This document shows, one piece after another, positions 36,037 to 45,024 of a stretch of 60,115 nt of DNA (position 1 is the first letter of the stretch; every line of letters begins with the position of its first letter). The DNA comes from a virus (taxonomy: Duplodnaviria > Caudoviricetes). Below the pieces are notes generated by a model. That model saw nothing but the letters and a program-made list of their open reading frames with translations. It made no database searches and was not told where the DNA came from. Location of the stretch: positions 1 to 60,115 of the IMG/VR virus record IMGVR_UViG_3300048592_000600. One strand, 5' to 3'. Both the position numbers and the translations under genes were made by a program.

Positions 36037-37988
36037 GCGAGCATTCCTAATGGGCCTTCAACGGGTGGTGCGGACGGGTCTTGCGGTGGTTGCTCAGCGC
36101 CCGGCTGCCCAGGGCCAGGAGCCGGCATTGGTGGCGGTGGCGGTGGTGGCGGAATAAACATTTCGCTCGGGTCAAAGTCGTTGGCTTCACCCCACTGGCG
36201 AATCATCGCATTAAGCGGGCCAGGATTACCGCTAGCCATGGTGTACTGCTGCAGGAACGGCAGGAACATTTGCATCGCTTGCGTGATGTTGGCCACGTCG
36301 CGATCTTTGTTCGGCTTCCGTGCGGTGCCGGCTTCGATGGTCATTTGGGTGTCGCGCAGCACATCCTCGATCGGACGCGACATGACCAAGGATTGCCAGA
36401 GCATCGCGCCCACTTCGCCCAGCACAGGGGCCACGTCTTGCGGACGAATGAACACCTGCGTGCAGAGGTTTTCCATCGAGGCAATCTGGCTCTGCCAGTC
36501 CTCGACTTGGCTAGCGAAGTAATCCGGCCGCACCGAGAGGCTTTGCCGCTTGATCGCAGCGTCCTCAGCAGTCCGCGAGGCAGCGCCAGGGTTGTTGCCA
36601 TACATCAGATCGGACAGCCCCACGCGTTTGTCAAACGCATCGGCAACGGCATCCATGATCCGCCAGTAATCCATGTTCATCGGCGGATGCTGAATGAACT
36701 TGATCACATCCTGGCCGGCGAATTCCTGCGTTACTCCAAACACGCCCAGGTCGTTCAACTCATCCATCACCGTTTGCACTTTGTCGCGCAGAGCTTCGGG
36801 GGCTTGCACGAAGTCGCGCAACGACGTGACCATGCGATTGCAGGCATGGCTCATCATCACGTTCATGAACATGAGTTCGCCTAGCCCCGGCTGCAGCGGG
36901 GCGATTGGCCATGTCGAGCCGGGCCGCGGATAGAAGTCGAGGAACGCCACGGGCCACTTGCCGTCTTTGTAGTACGGGATTGGCCAAGCGAACCGCCGCT
37001 TGATTTCTTCTTCGGGGGCCGACATCAGCACGGCGCTCGGCATGTTGAGCGGTTCCTTGCTGTCGTCGCACTCGGCTACGCAGATGCAAGCAAAATCGCC
37101 AACGATCTGATCGAGCGTTTGCAATTGGGGAATCTGCTTATCGGTGTCCTTGAGTCGAACGCCGACGCCACCCTTTGAGTAAATCCGCCAGTACGTCATC
37201 GAGTCGAACGTCGAGCCGACAACGCGTTCACCCTTGGCGTTGTAAACCGTGCCGTTCTCGGCTTGCCCGCCATAGGTCGAAGTGCGGGAATAGTCCTTGA
37301 ACGTGCCCGGTTCAACGCCAAACATCCGCTCGACTTCCCAGGTTGGTTGCGTGTAGCGCACGGCAATCCACTTGGCGTCCCAGGTACTATTGGCATCAGG
37401 GTCGATCACGACGTCGTACGGATGAACGTAGAACGATCCCGTCAGCAATCGCTCGCTGCCAGGATAAGAGTACGGCCGAACCTCGAGACAGCCGCGGCCC
37501 TTCACAAGCGCGTCCGTGATCGCGAGCATCGAGTGCATCTTGAGCCCGCCACCCGCGTTCTCGCCCGGCGTGTAGTTTAGCCAGCCGGAAACGAGTTGTC
37601 GCGTGAGTTCGACGGCATACTGCTCCTGCACACCGCGCTGATGCACGATAGCCGCTTGGGCTTGAACCTCGGGCGGCAAGAACGGCAGCATGTCCGGCGC
37701 GAGCGTGATTTGCTGGCGCGACTTAAACGTGCGAATCGGATTGCGCCAATAGAGCGACGGGCCAAAGATCGCGACGAACTCAAACGCTTTCGCGATGGTC
37801 ATCTGAAACTTGGGCGCGTACTTCGGCAGCTTGAGCTTCGTGCGGTATTTGTCGTCCCACATGAAACCGCAAGCCGCGGCGTAGAACATCTCACACTGCT
37901 CGGCCACGTCGTACCAGCCTTGCCGGTGCTTGATGGCAGCATTGATCTTTTCTTTCCACGCCGTGCAGATTGGCCGCAAGATTTCCAA
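36033..37988 (-). CDS. Portal protein
   Basis: 651 aa after terL; DALVKGRG, VHPYDVVIDPDA, GLSDLMYG...SRTAEDA; Pro-rich tail. Confidence 0.85.
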   Translation of the reverse strand: MEILRPICTAWKEKINAAIKHRQGWYDVAEQCEMFYAAACGFMWDDKYRTKLKLPKYAPKFQMTIAKAFEFVAIFGPSLYWRNPIRTFKSRQQITLAPDMLPFLPPEVQAQAAIVHQRGVQEQYAVELTRQLVSGWLNYTPGENAGGGLKMHSMLAITDALVKGRGCLEVRPYSYPGSERLLTGSFYVHPYDVVIDPDANSTWDAKWIAVRYTQPTWEVERMFGVEPGTFKDYSRTSTYGGQAENGTVYNAKGERVVGSTFDSMTYWRIYSKGGVGVRLKDTDKQIPQLQTLDQIVGDFACICVAECDDSKEPLNMPSAVLMSAPEEEIKRRFAWPIPYYKDGKWPVAFLDFYPRPGSTWPIAPLQPGLGELMFMNVMMSHACNRMVTSLRDFVQAPEALRDKVQTVMDELNDLGVFGVTQEFAGQDVIKFIQHPPMNMDYWRIMDAVADAFDKRVGLSDLMYGNNPGAASRTAEDAAIKRQSLSVRPDYFASQVEDWQSQIASMENLCTQVFIRPQDVAPVLGEVGAMLWQSLVMSRPIEDVLRDTQMTIEAGTARKPNKDRDVANITQAMQMFLPFLQQYTMASGNPGPLNAMIRQWGEANDFDPSEMFIPPPPPPPPMPAPGPGQPGAEQPPQDPSAPPVEGPLGMLA

Positions 37989-37990
37989 GG

Positions 37991-38305
37991 TTATTTGACC
38001 TCGCTAGGGTGCTTCCACGACGGAATGTTCTTGTTCCAGTTCGGGAATTCTTCGTAGCCTGGATCGTCGGCGTGCCGCGCGCCATCGACGAAGTGCATCA
38101 CGGACGACATGGCCTCGCGCTTGAAAACATGTAGTTGCAAGATGCGGTTGCCCATGACGCGATGCACGATGGCCGGCGTTGGGATTTCGCCGTGCCGATC
38201 GTTCTTGTTGTAGAAGTACACCGTGTCGCCGATACGCAAGCTATCGCGCGGGTCAGGCTCTTTTGCGGCGGCCGGCTTAGCGGCGGGTTTAGTTGCTTCT
38301 GCCAT
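37991..38305 (-). CDS. Hypothetical protein
   Basis: Between terL and portal; IGDTVYFY...PAIV.RV. Confidence 0.65.
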   Translation of the reverse strand: MAEATKPAAKPAAAKEPDPRDSLRIGDTVYFYNKNDRHGEIPTPAIVHRVMGNRILQLHVFKREAMSSVMHFVDGARHADDPGYEEFPNWNKNIPSWKHPSEVK

Positions 38306-38308
38306 GTT

Positions 38309-39958
38309 CTACGATCCTGAGTTGGGGGAAACGGGACCCAAGAAGAATTGGCTCTTGCCGGGATCTTTCTTGGATTTGAAAAGGTTTTGGAATCGCCAGA
38401 ACGCGGAATCCCTGTTCACGGGGGGCTCGGGTTTCGCGTAATAAGGCCGAAAAGCAATCAAATACTCCAGCGCGTTACAGGCGTGGTTGTGCAAGGCAAT
38501 CGGCTTATCTCCGGCGTGTTTTCCGTACAAAACGCGCTTCTTGAATAAACTGAATTCTCGCACAAGGTCAGCGCAATTTTCCAATACGATTCGCAACCTT
38601 GGCCCCCCCTCATCCCGGCTTGCAAGGCACTCGCGAACCATGCCGGCACGCCCGAGCACGTCATCGGTCCCGGGCACAAAACCAGAATTCGTGTTCTTGC
38701 TCTTGATCTGGCGAACCTCGAGCGCCCGTGAATACTGCGAGCGAATCGTGACACCGGCGCCCGCCTGAGTCACGCGGGAACCGTGATCGTCGATGATGAA
38801 CGCCTGGAATTGTTGATCGCCAATCTCGCGAGCAACAGCCTCGCCAAAGATTGCGGCCGAGCATTGTTTCAGGTAGAGCACCCGATAAACCACGATGTAG
38901 TCGCCAATCTCGGGCGGGGGAATCGCAGCGAACAAAACGGCGGCCACGGTATGCCCAGGGTCAACGGACATGTACCGCGTCCAGTCCCGCGGAATGACGC
39001 CGTTCTTGCAGATTTCCTCGAGCATGTCAGGCTCGGTAGAACCGAACCGCGGCAGGCCGTGGATCTCCTTTTTGAACGTCGGATACATCAGCACCGAGTC
39101 GGTGACATACTCGCCCAGGTCGCGCGCGCGGCGTTCGGTTTCCGACCAGCCCTCGATGCGTTTGCGCTTCTCGTCGGGATCGATGTGCGGATTGTCCGAG
39201 TATGTCAGGATGAACTCGGCAACGTCGGGATTCTCGCGGCCGACCTGTTTCTCGGCACGCTCCGATAGATTCACCAGCGCGTCGTTCTTCAAGAGCGGAA
39301 ACGCACACCACCACATTTTGCCCTTGCGGTCAGACAGCCGCGCTTCCATTTCTGTTGCCCAGGCTTCGTTGTCGATGTCCTCATCGATCATGACAATATC
39401 GACGGGATCACCCATCGCCGGCTCCGACTTGGAACCGAACGCACGGATTTCCGTACCATTCTTGAGCCGGCAGACCGAGAACACCCGCTCTGCCTTGTTC
39501 TCCCACGCCCAGCCGCTCTCGTCGATTTCCTCGGGGGGAATCATTGGCGGCGCAGGCTCGCTCTCTTGGTATCGCTCCTGATCGGACTTGTACCACGGCC
39601 GGAACGCCCGCCACTCGCCGGTTGTCTCGTCTTGGATGATGCGGTAAGAGCCTTGCTTGAACAGCAAGCGATACGCCACACGACCCACGGTGTCGAGGTC
39701 ATAGCCCACGATGTAAATCAGGAGCGGCCGATCGACAGGAAACTTCTTGTGCGGATCGAGGCGGCGAGCAGCACGCGCCAACTCAATAAAAGAACTCAGC
39801 GATTTGCCCGAACGGTTGCCACCGCGGACGATACGAATAGATGCCCTGCTGGCGAAGAATCGTTCTTGCGCCTGCAGGGGTTCGTAGAGCAAAACAGTGT
39901 CTTTAAGACGCCGCTTCTTCTCCGCTTGGAGTTGCTGCAATCGTTTGATCTTGTCCAT
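38309..39958 (-). CDS. terL: Terminase large subunit
   Basis: GGNRSGKS Walker A, VMIDED Walker B, DNPHI, MSVDPG nuclease motif. Confidence 0.92.
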   Translation of the reverse strand: MDKIKRLQQLQAEKKRRLKDTVLLYEPLQAQERFFASRASIRIVRGGNRSGKSLSSFIELARAARRLDPHKKFPVDRPLLIYIVGYDLDTVGRVAYRLLFKQGSYRIIQDETTGEWRAFRPWYKSDQERYQESEPAPPMIPPEEIDESGWAWENKAERVFSVCRLKNGTEIRAFGSKSEPAMGDPVDIVMIDEDIDNEAWATEMEARLSDRKGKMWWCAFPLLKNDALVNLSERAEKQVGRENPDVAEFILTYSDNPHIDPDEKRKRIEGWSETERRARDLGEYVTDSVLMYPTFKKEIHGLPRFGSTEPDMLEEICKNGVIPRDWTRYMSVDPGHTVAAVLFAAIPPPEIGDYIVVYRVLYLKQCSAAIFGEAVAREIGDQQFQAFIIDDHGSRVTQAGAGVTIRSQYSRALEVRQIKSKNTNSGFVPGTDDVLGRAGMVRECLASRDEGGPRLRIVLENCADLVREFSLFKKRVLYGKHAGDKPIALHNHACNALEYLIAFRPYYAKPEPPVNRDSAFWRFQNLFKSKKDPGKSQFFLGPVSPNSGS

Positions 39959-40499
39959 CGATAAGCTCCATGCCTTCCACGCCCAGGAGTTCACGCAAGG
40001 ATTTCACGGTTTCCCCAGTCGGATCCTCGGCAATCAGTTGCAAAATAATCTGCACGCGCTCGAGTTCCAGTTCCGTGTCGGACAGACTGGTGACATCGGG
40101 CGCTGACTGCCGGTGAATCGTGGATTCCTTGACCAGTCCCGTGATCTGGCGGTAAGCCTCAAGAACCCGTTTGCTTCCCGGCGCGTCGGTTTCGGCTTTG
40201 CGCAGTTGGTAAATGTGCTGCTCCACCAGCCGCTCGAGCCCCCCCATTTTTCGCACGAACGCGTCGGTGTACTCCGTGATGTGCGGGGCTTGCAGTTCCG
40301 GCGCCTTTCTTACGCCCAGTGCCGCGTCCCCCTTTCGCTTGACGATCTGCTCCATCAGCTTCTTGGCCCCCGCTTTGCGCAGGCAGTCCGAGCAGATCCG
40401 CTTGCCCCGATGCCTGTTCCCGAACGCCGACAGCGGCAGGGCTTTGAGGCATTCCAGGCAGGTGAGGCGATCCGTTCTCGGCACTATGTCGGAGGGCAT
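39903..40499 (-). CDS. Putative terminase small subunit with N-terminal Zn finger
   Basis: Directly upstream of terL; CLEC...CSDC; DVTSLSDTELE motif. Confidence 0.55.
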   Translation of the reverse strand: MPSDIVPRTDRLTCLECLKALPLSAFGNRHRGKRICSDCLRKAGAKKLMEQIVKRKGDAALGVRKAPELQAPHITEYTDAFVRKMGGLERLVEQHIYQLRKAETDAPGSKRVLEAYRQITGLVKESTIHRQSAPDVTSLSDTELELERVQIILQLIAEDPTGETVKSLRELLGVEGMELIDGQDQTIAATPSGEEAAS

Positions 40500-41358
40500 C
40501 GGGAATGATGCCTCGCTTGACGTCGATGTAGGCTCGGACTTGGTTTCGACGCAGGTTTCGGGTGACGCCTTCGTGGAATTTGTTTGCGACATAATCAGGC
40601 CCAATCAATCGAGGTTTCCGCACGCAGTAGGGTTTCCAATGCCCTGCCCAGGCATCCCAATTACAGAACACCGGGTTGTAGCCCAGCTTTTGAATACCCA
40701 GCAGCGAGAGGTCCCGAGTCTGCATGACATCCTCGGTGCCGCCCTTGTTGGCCGCGTAATGATCGTCCCACGCGTAATAGAACCATGGGTCGTCTTGATC
40801 GTCGCGCGGCTCGCCCAGTTCAAAGCAGCGCATGTCGTACATGATCAACCCGGTGGGCAGCGCGGCAGCCGGGGCAATGCCCGTCATGTTTGCCGCGACG
40901 TTGCGTGGCACCATCTCGAGCTTGAAGTCAGGGTCGGCTGATTCGCTGCGTTTATTGAACCACTCGAACACATAAACCACTTCGTTCGGTGGCGGGCCGC
41001 AGTACGGGGCGCCGATGCACACCGGGCCGCGATCGTAGTGCTTGTAAAGAAAGTCGAACGACGTGTCGAAGAACGGCTTGCCGTCCTCCTCGGAGTCGGG
41101 GGCCATGTCGGAATCGACCATGATCAGCACATCCGCGCGCATCTCGCGGGCCGTGAGCACCGCGCGATTACGGGTCATGGTGATCGGGGTATCCGCCAAG
41201 TCGAAGTGAAAGATTTCCTCGATGCGAGGATCCTTCTTGGCGGCAAGAACGGTGTCGAGCTTCCAATCTCCGACTTCGGGAACTTGCGACTTGATGCCGC
41301 CGTTGCCGCCGTAAGAGAATGTGGCAATACCGACACGCAGCCGGCGAGGCTGAGCCAT
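40159..41358 (-). CDS. GT-A fold (GT2-like) glycosyltransferase
   Basis: ITMTRNRAV, DVLIMVDSD (DxD), PTGLIM, TEDV, GHWK; AGGAG RBS. Confidence 0.8.
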   Translation of the reverse strand: MAQPRRLRVGIATFSYGGNGGIKSQVPEVGDWKLDTVLAAKKDPRIEEIFHFDLADTPITMTRNRAVLTAREMRADVLIMVDSDMAPDSEEDGKPFFDTSFDFLYKHYDRGPVCIGAPYCGPPPNEVVYVFEWFNKRSESADPDFKLEMVPRNVAANMTGIAPAAALPTGLIMYDMRCFELGEPRDDQDDPWFYYAWDDHYAANKGGTEDVMQTRDLSLLGIQKLGYNPVFCNWDAWAGHWKPYCVRKPRLIGPDYVANKFHEGVTRNLRRNQVRAYIDVKRGIIPDALRHSAENGSPHLPGMPQSPAAVGVREQASGQADLLGLPAQSGGQEADGADRQAKGGRGTGRKKGAGTASPAHHGVHRRVRAKNGGARAAGGAAHLPTAQSRNRRAGKQTGS

Positions 41359-41423
41359 AGAAACGCTCCTGGGAAAACGGGGTGGGGAACAACTGGGGAG
41401 CGGTGTGCAACGGATTTTTTGGG

Positions 41424-41458
41424 AAAAAAACCCCATGCCGGTATGACCCGGCATGGGG
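41424..41458 (-). terminator. Rho-independent terminator after the capsid and decoration genes
   Basis: ccccatgccgg/ccggcatgggg stem followed by U7 on the minus strand. Confidence 0.85.
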
Positions 41459-41496
41459 ACCCGTTTGGGGTGCGCACCTTTCCCACGCTTCAAAAG

Positions 41497-42156
41497 TTAG
41501 TTCCGCGGAATTTTGACATGCACGCGGAGGGCGGTGTTCGTGGAGTTGGTGAGCGCGGCACTCATGGCGATGCCGAAGCAGTTGCGGTTGTAGGACAGCG
41601 CCGTTCCGTCCGTGGTCTGAGTCGCGGTGAACGACGCAGGGTACTTGGAAACCTTGCCGGCCGTGTTCGTCACGTTGGTGGTCGTGGCGTTGACTGCCGC
41701 ATCGGTGGCCGCGATCAACGGATCACGCGCGGCGAAGTCCGTCGCTTGGTTGGACTTGTCCGTGACCAGATCGACCACCCCTTCTTCGATCAGCCAGAAC
41801 AAATCGCCGTCGCGCACGCCGGTCGAGCCCAGGAGCGGATCGACCACGCCCGCGACTTCGGTGGCCAAGGTGCGGGCATAGCCGTCAACTCGCTTGAGCC
41901 GGTGTCCCGTGGCGTAAGTCACGAGACGCGAGCCAATGAGCGTCACGCCCGAAGTGTTGCGCACGAGACGCGCCTTGACGACATCGCCCGAACGCGGGGC
42001 CGAGTTTGGCGCGCCGACATTGACGAGCACATCGTCAAACGTGCCTTCGAGCCCTTCCAGGCCGATGCCGCCGACATTGGCGTAAGAACTGCTGACGTCG
42101 ATGGACTGGGTGCCGCCGTAAAAGGTTTTGCCGAGTCCGAATGGAGGACAGAACAT
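41497..42156 (-). CDS. Putative capsid decoration/cement protein
   Basis: Directly after the capsid gene and before the terminator; RLVRN, AGVVD, GDLFWL..G. Confidence 0.6.
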   Translation of the reverse strand: MFCPPFGLGKTFYGGTQSIDVSSSYANVGGIGLEGLEGTFDDVLVNVGAPNSAPRSGDVVKARLVRNTSGVTLIGSRLVTYATGHRLKRVDGYARTLATEVAGVVDPLLGSTGVRDGDLFWLIEEGVVDLVTDKSNQATDFAARDPLIAATDAAVNATTTNVTNTAGKVSKYPASFTATQTTDGTALSYNRNCFGIAMSAALTNSTNTALRVHVKIPRN

Positions 42157-42224
42157 GATATTTTTGAACCTCGAAAACTGGTGAAATTGGATTGTGGCAG
42201 AACGCTAGTGACGGCCGCCCATGA

Positions 42225-43328
42225 CTAAGCGGCGTAGTTCTTGAGCTTGAACTGGGCTTTCGGGTTGAACTTGAGATTGCCGTAGTGGCCAATCTTGTAG
42301 GTGTACCCGTTGCTTTCAGGGCTCCATTCGGGGCCGTGGTTGATGTAGAACTGGCCGCCGAGGATGCGGTATTCCATTTCCATGATGTTGAAGCCGTAGC
42401 ACGAATTGACGGGCACGCCGTATTCGTAGGCCAACGTCATGCCCTCGAAGTTGAGGGTGTCGGCAAAGCCCAGGTCCTCGGCTTCGCTGTGCGGCACGAC
42501 GATGCGCGACTTGGACGATTGCTTGTCGCCGAATTCGCGGTACATCTTGCCGGTCATGACGGCGAGTTCCGGCACGCCTTCGATGCCCGAGGTCGAAGCT
42601 GACCAGATCCGCGCCTGACGCAACGCGACTTCGCAGTTGCCGAGCCACGTTTGAGCCGACGTGCCCCAACTGGAACTGGACCAGTTGACGAGCTTCGGCG
42701 TGATGTAGTCGTACGACACCGAGCCAGAGCCTTCCGGCCAGTCGGTCGCAACCGCGGCATTCGGCTTGGTCGTGAGGTCAGCCGACCACGACCCACCTTC
42801 GGACCCGAGCACGGTGCTCTTGCCGGCGTAGTTATCGCTAGGCTGAGCAATCAAGTCAGCGGCGACGGTCGTGCCAGTGCCCGAGAACGAATCAAACCCA
42901 TTGAGCTTGAGTTCGTTGCCCGCGGCGTAACCATCGACGTAGAGCTCGCCGTTGAGCAATTCGTCGAGGCGCGTGACCATGTTTGGCATGATCTGGGTGT
43001 AGCGGTTGACGATCGCCGCGGTGCCGGCGTTCATCAGCGTGTCTTTTTCCGACATGAAATCGGTGGAGAAGTATTCCTTCCACTCGAGTTCCAGTTGGCG
43101 ATAGCAATCGCTCGCCGTGAAATTGACCTGCGTGCCGGAACTGCGTGCGCCAGCCGGAGGCTGATCGAACATCACATCCCAGACCACGCTTTTACCGTAG
43201 CCACCCGTGGTGACACGGCCGCGCTTCTTGGCCATCGCCAAGAGAATACGCTTGCGCAGAGTTTGGTTCTCGGCGCCCTTGAGGAACTGCGAAGTGGTCG
43301 TCTGAACGATACCGATCCATTCTGGCAT
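42225..43328 (-). CDS. Major capsid protein
   Basis: 367 aa, strongly biased codon use, follows a scaffold-like gene; LYVDG...LNGF, GF..LNFEG, GNL..NP motifs. Confidence 0.8.
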   Translation of the reverse strand: MPEWIGIVQTTTSQFLKGAENQTLRKRILLAMAKKRGRVTTGGYGKSVVWDVMFDQPPAGARSSGTQVNFTASDCYRQLELEWKEYFSTDFMSEKDTLMNAGTAAIVNRYTQIMPNMVTRLDELLNGELYVDGYAAGNELKLNGFDSFSGTGTTVAADLIAQPSDNYAGKSTVLGSEGGSWSADLTTKPNAAVATDWPEGSGSVSYDYITPKLVNWSSSSWGTSAQTWLGNCEVALRQARIWSASTSGIEGVPELAVMTGKMYREFGDKQSSKSRIVVPHSEAEDLGFADTLNFEGMTLAYEYGVPVNSCYGFNIMEMEYRILGGQFYINHGPEWSPESNGYTYKIGHYGNLKFNPKAQFKLKNYAA

Positions 43329-43341
43329 GGAAGTTCAATCC

Positions 43342-44571
43342 TTATGCAAGTGGCTTGAGTTGGCTAATGCCGTTGGTGGAAATGCCGAGCTTTGCCATCT
43401 CGGCTTGGGCGATCGCCCAGGGGCTTGTCGGGTTGGTGGCGGGAACAACAGCGCCGGCTGCGGACGGGACCGACGCGCCGTTCTGGGTGGGAGTGTGAAG
43501 TGCCTGCGCGAGTCCGTTTGGTGGAACGGCCGCGAACGCTGCGGCACGATCCTCGGCGGATGGTGGCGCCGCTTTCGCGCCGCGACCGATCATGCGGAGC
43601 GCGAGCGCATTGAGCTTTTGGGTTTCGTGCTCGGGGATGCCGGAATCGACGAGTTCTTTGACAGCCTTCGCGTAGGCCATGCCCTCGACGGTCAACATGC
43701 GTTGGCCATTGGCGGCAATGAGCGGCTGGCCAGTCGCGTCACTGGCGTAGAGCCAATCGCGATTCGATTCGATGACTTGATTGAGCGTTTGCTGCGAAGT
43801 CTGCGCAAACTGCTGTTGCTCGAAGTGCTGGATGGCTTGTTGAACAGCACGGGATTCCTGGGCTTTTAGCCGTTCATCCAGGCGCTGCTCGAGGATCTTC
43901 CACATCGTTTCCTCGGGATTCTGCATGAATTCCCGTTGAAACTTCTGTTGATAGGCCGCGCGTGCATTGACCTTTTGCACGATGGTCGGATCGACGGCGC
44001 CGGGGACGTTGGGAACGTACGCGCCGGTTTGGCTGTCAAAGCGAACATGCTGCATCCACTCGGGGTCGAATTCCGGTGGATTCCAAGCCTTTTGCGGCCC
44101 GGCTGGCAACTGTGGCGAGGCAGTGCCAGCCGGGCTTGCCGCGTTGAATTGCGGATTTGGCGAAGCACCGGAATACAACTGCTGCTGCAACGCGGCAAGT
44201 TGCTGCTCGTACTGAGGCAGCATTTGCACGGCATGTTGCGCTGCATAGGCGGCTTGGCCAAAGTAGTCGATGATCTGCTGCGTCGATTGAAACTGCGAGG
44301 GATCAACCCCGTATTGCTCACGCAGGTGAGTCGCAATCGCTTGATCGAGCGAGGATGCCGGCGCGGCAGGCGGTGCTGCCGGATCGGTGCCAGACACTCC
44401 GCTTGGAGCCGCGGCCGATGCTGCGCTGCTCGGCGCTGGACCGCCAGCCGAAATTGTGGCCGACGATGTTGGCGATGCAGATGGTGGTGGCGAACTGTTC
44501 GACGCAGGCGCAGCGCTAGCTGGTGCTGCGGATGGTTCACTCGGAGCGGCGGATGGAAGTGTGTCAGGCAT
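43342..44571 (-). CDS. Putative capsid scaffolding protein
   Basis: Disordered A/P/S N-terminus, Q-rich helices, upstream of the capsid gene. Confidence 0.65.
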   Translation of the reverse strand: MPDTLPSAAPSEPSAAPASAAPASNSSPPPSASPTSSATISAGGPAPSSAASAAAPSGVSGTDPAAPPAAPASSLDQAIATHLREQYGVDPSQFQSTQQIIDYFGQAAYAAQHAVQMLPQYEQQLAALQQQLYSGASPNPQFNAASPAGTASPQLPAGPQKAWNPPEFDPEWMQHVRFDSQTGAYVPNVPGAVDPTIVQKVNARAAYQQKFQREFMQNPEETMWKILEQRLDERLKAQESRAVQQAIQHFEQQQFAQTSQQTLNQVIESNRDWLYASDATGQPLIAANGQRMLTVEGMAYAKAVKELVDSGIPEHETQKLNALALRMIGRGAKAAPPSAEDRAAAFAAVPPNGLAQALHTPTQNGASVPSAAGAVVPATNPTSPWAIAQAEMAKLGISTNGISQLKPLA

Positions 44572-44730
44572 GATTCACCACTGGGAAAAACGGGGGCGAA
44601 GCAAAACGGGGGTTTTCTTCTGGTATGTCCCGTTTCCCAGAAAATCGCAGTTGCGATTTGCAGCAGTGATCGCGCGTGATCGTAGATAATCGCGTTTGAT
44701 CTTTTTTGATCGGCCTGAATAATCAGGTTT

Positions 44731-45024
44731 ATGAGCAGCAAATACTCATCGCACCCCGAATACGAGACACGCTTCATCCTGCGCCAAGCGCCGCGCGAGT
44801 TCATGAAGCACTTCAAGTACAAGCTGAAATCTCTGCCCACGCTCCGTCGCTACATCAACGGCGTGCAAGTCTCTGGGCTCAGCGGAGAAATCGTGCGATT
44901 GCCGTCAGTGATGATGCCCGGGCGAGTCCGCGCGTTCAGCATGAAAGACTGGGAGGAGTTCGGCGTGTTGCTGAACGATGCTTACGGGCGCGCGTTGAGC
45001 AACAAAAGAAAGGCGAGAGCATGA
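44731..45024 (+). CDS. DUF1580-like winged-helix DNA-binding protein
   Basis: SLPTLRRYINGV...VRLPSV..PGRVR resembles the Planctomycete DUF1580 pattern. Confidence 0.5.
   Translation: MSSKYSSHPEYETRFILRQAPREFMKHFKYKLKSLPTLRRYINGVQVSGLSGEIVRLPSVMMPGRVRAFSMKDWEEFGVLLNDAYGRALSNKRKARA

Noticed and set aside
23144-44840. Long antisense ORFs (for example 31975-33876, 23144-24457, 27027-28337, 41038-42228)
   Set aside because: Shadow frames of GC-rich structural genes on the opposite strand
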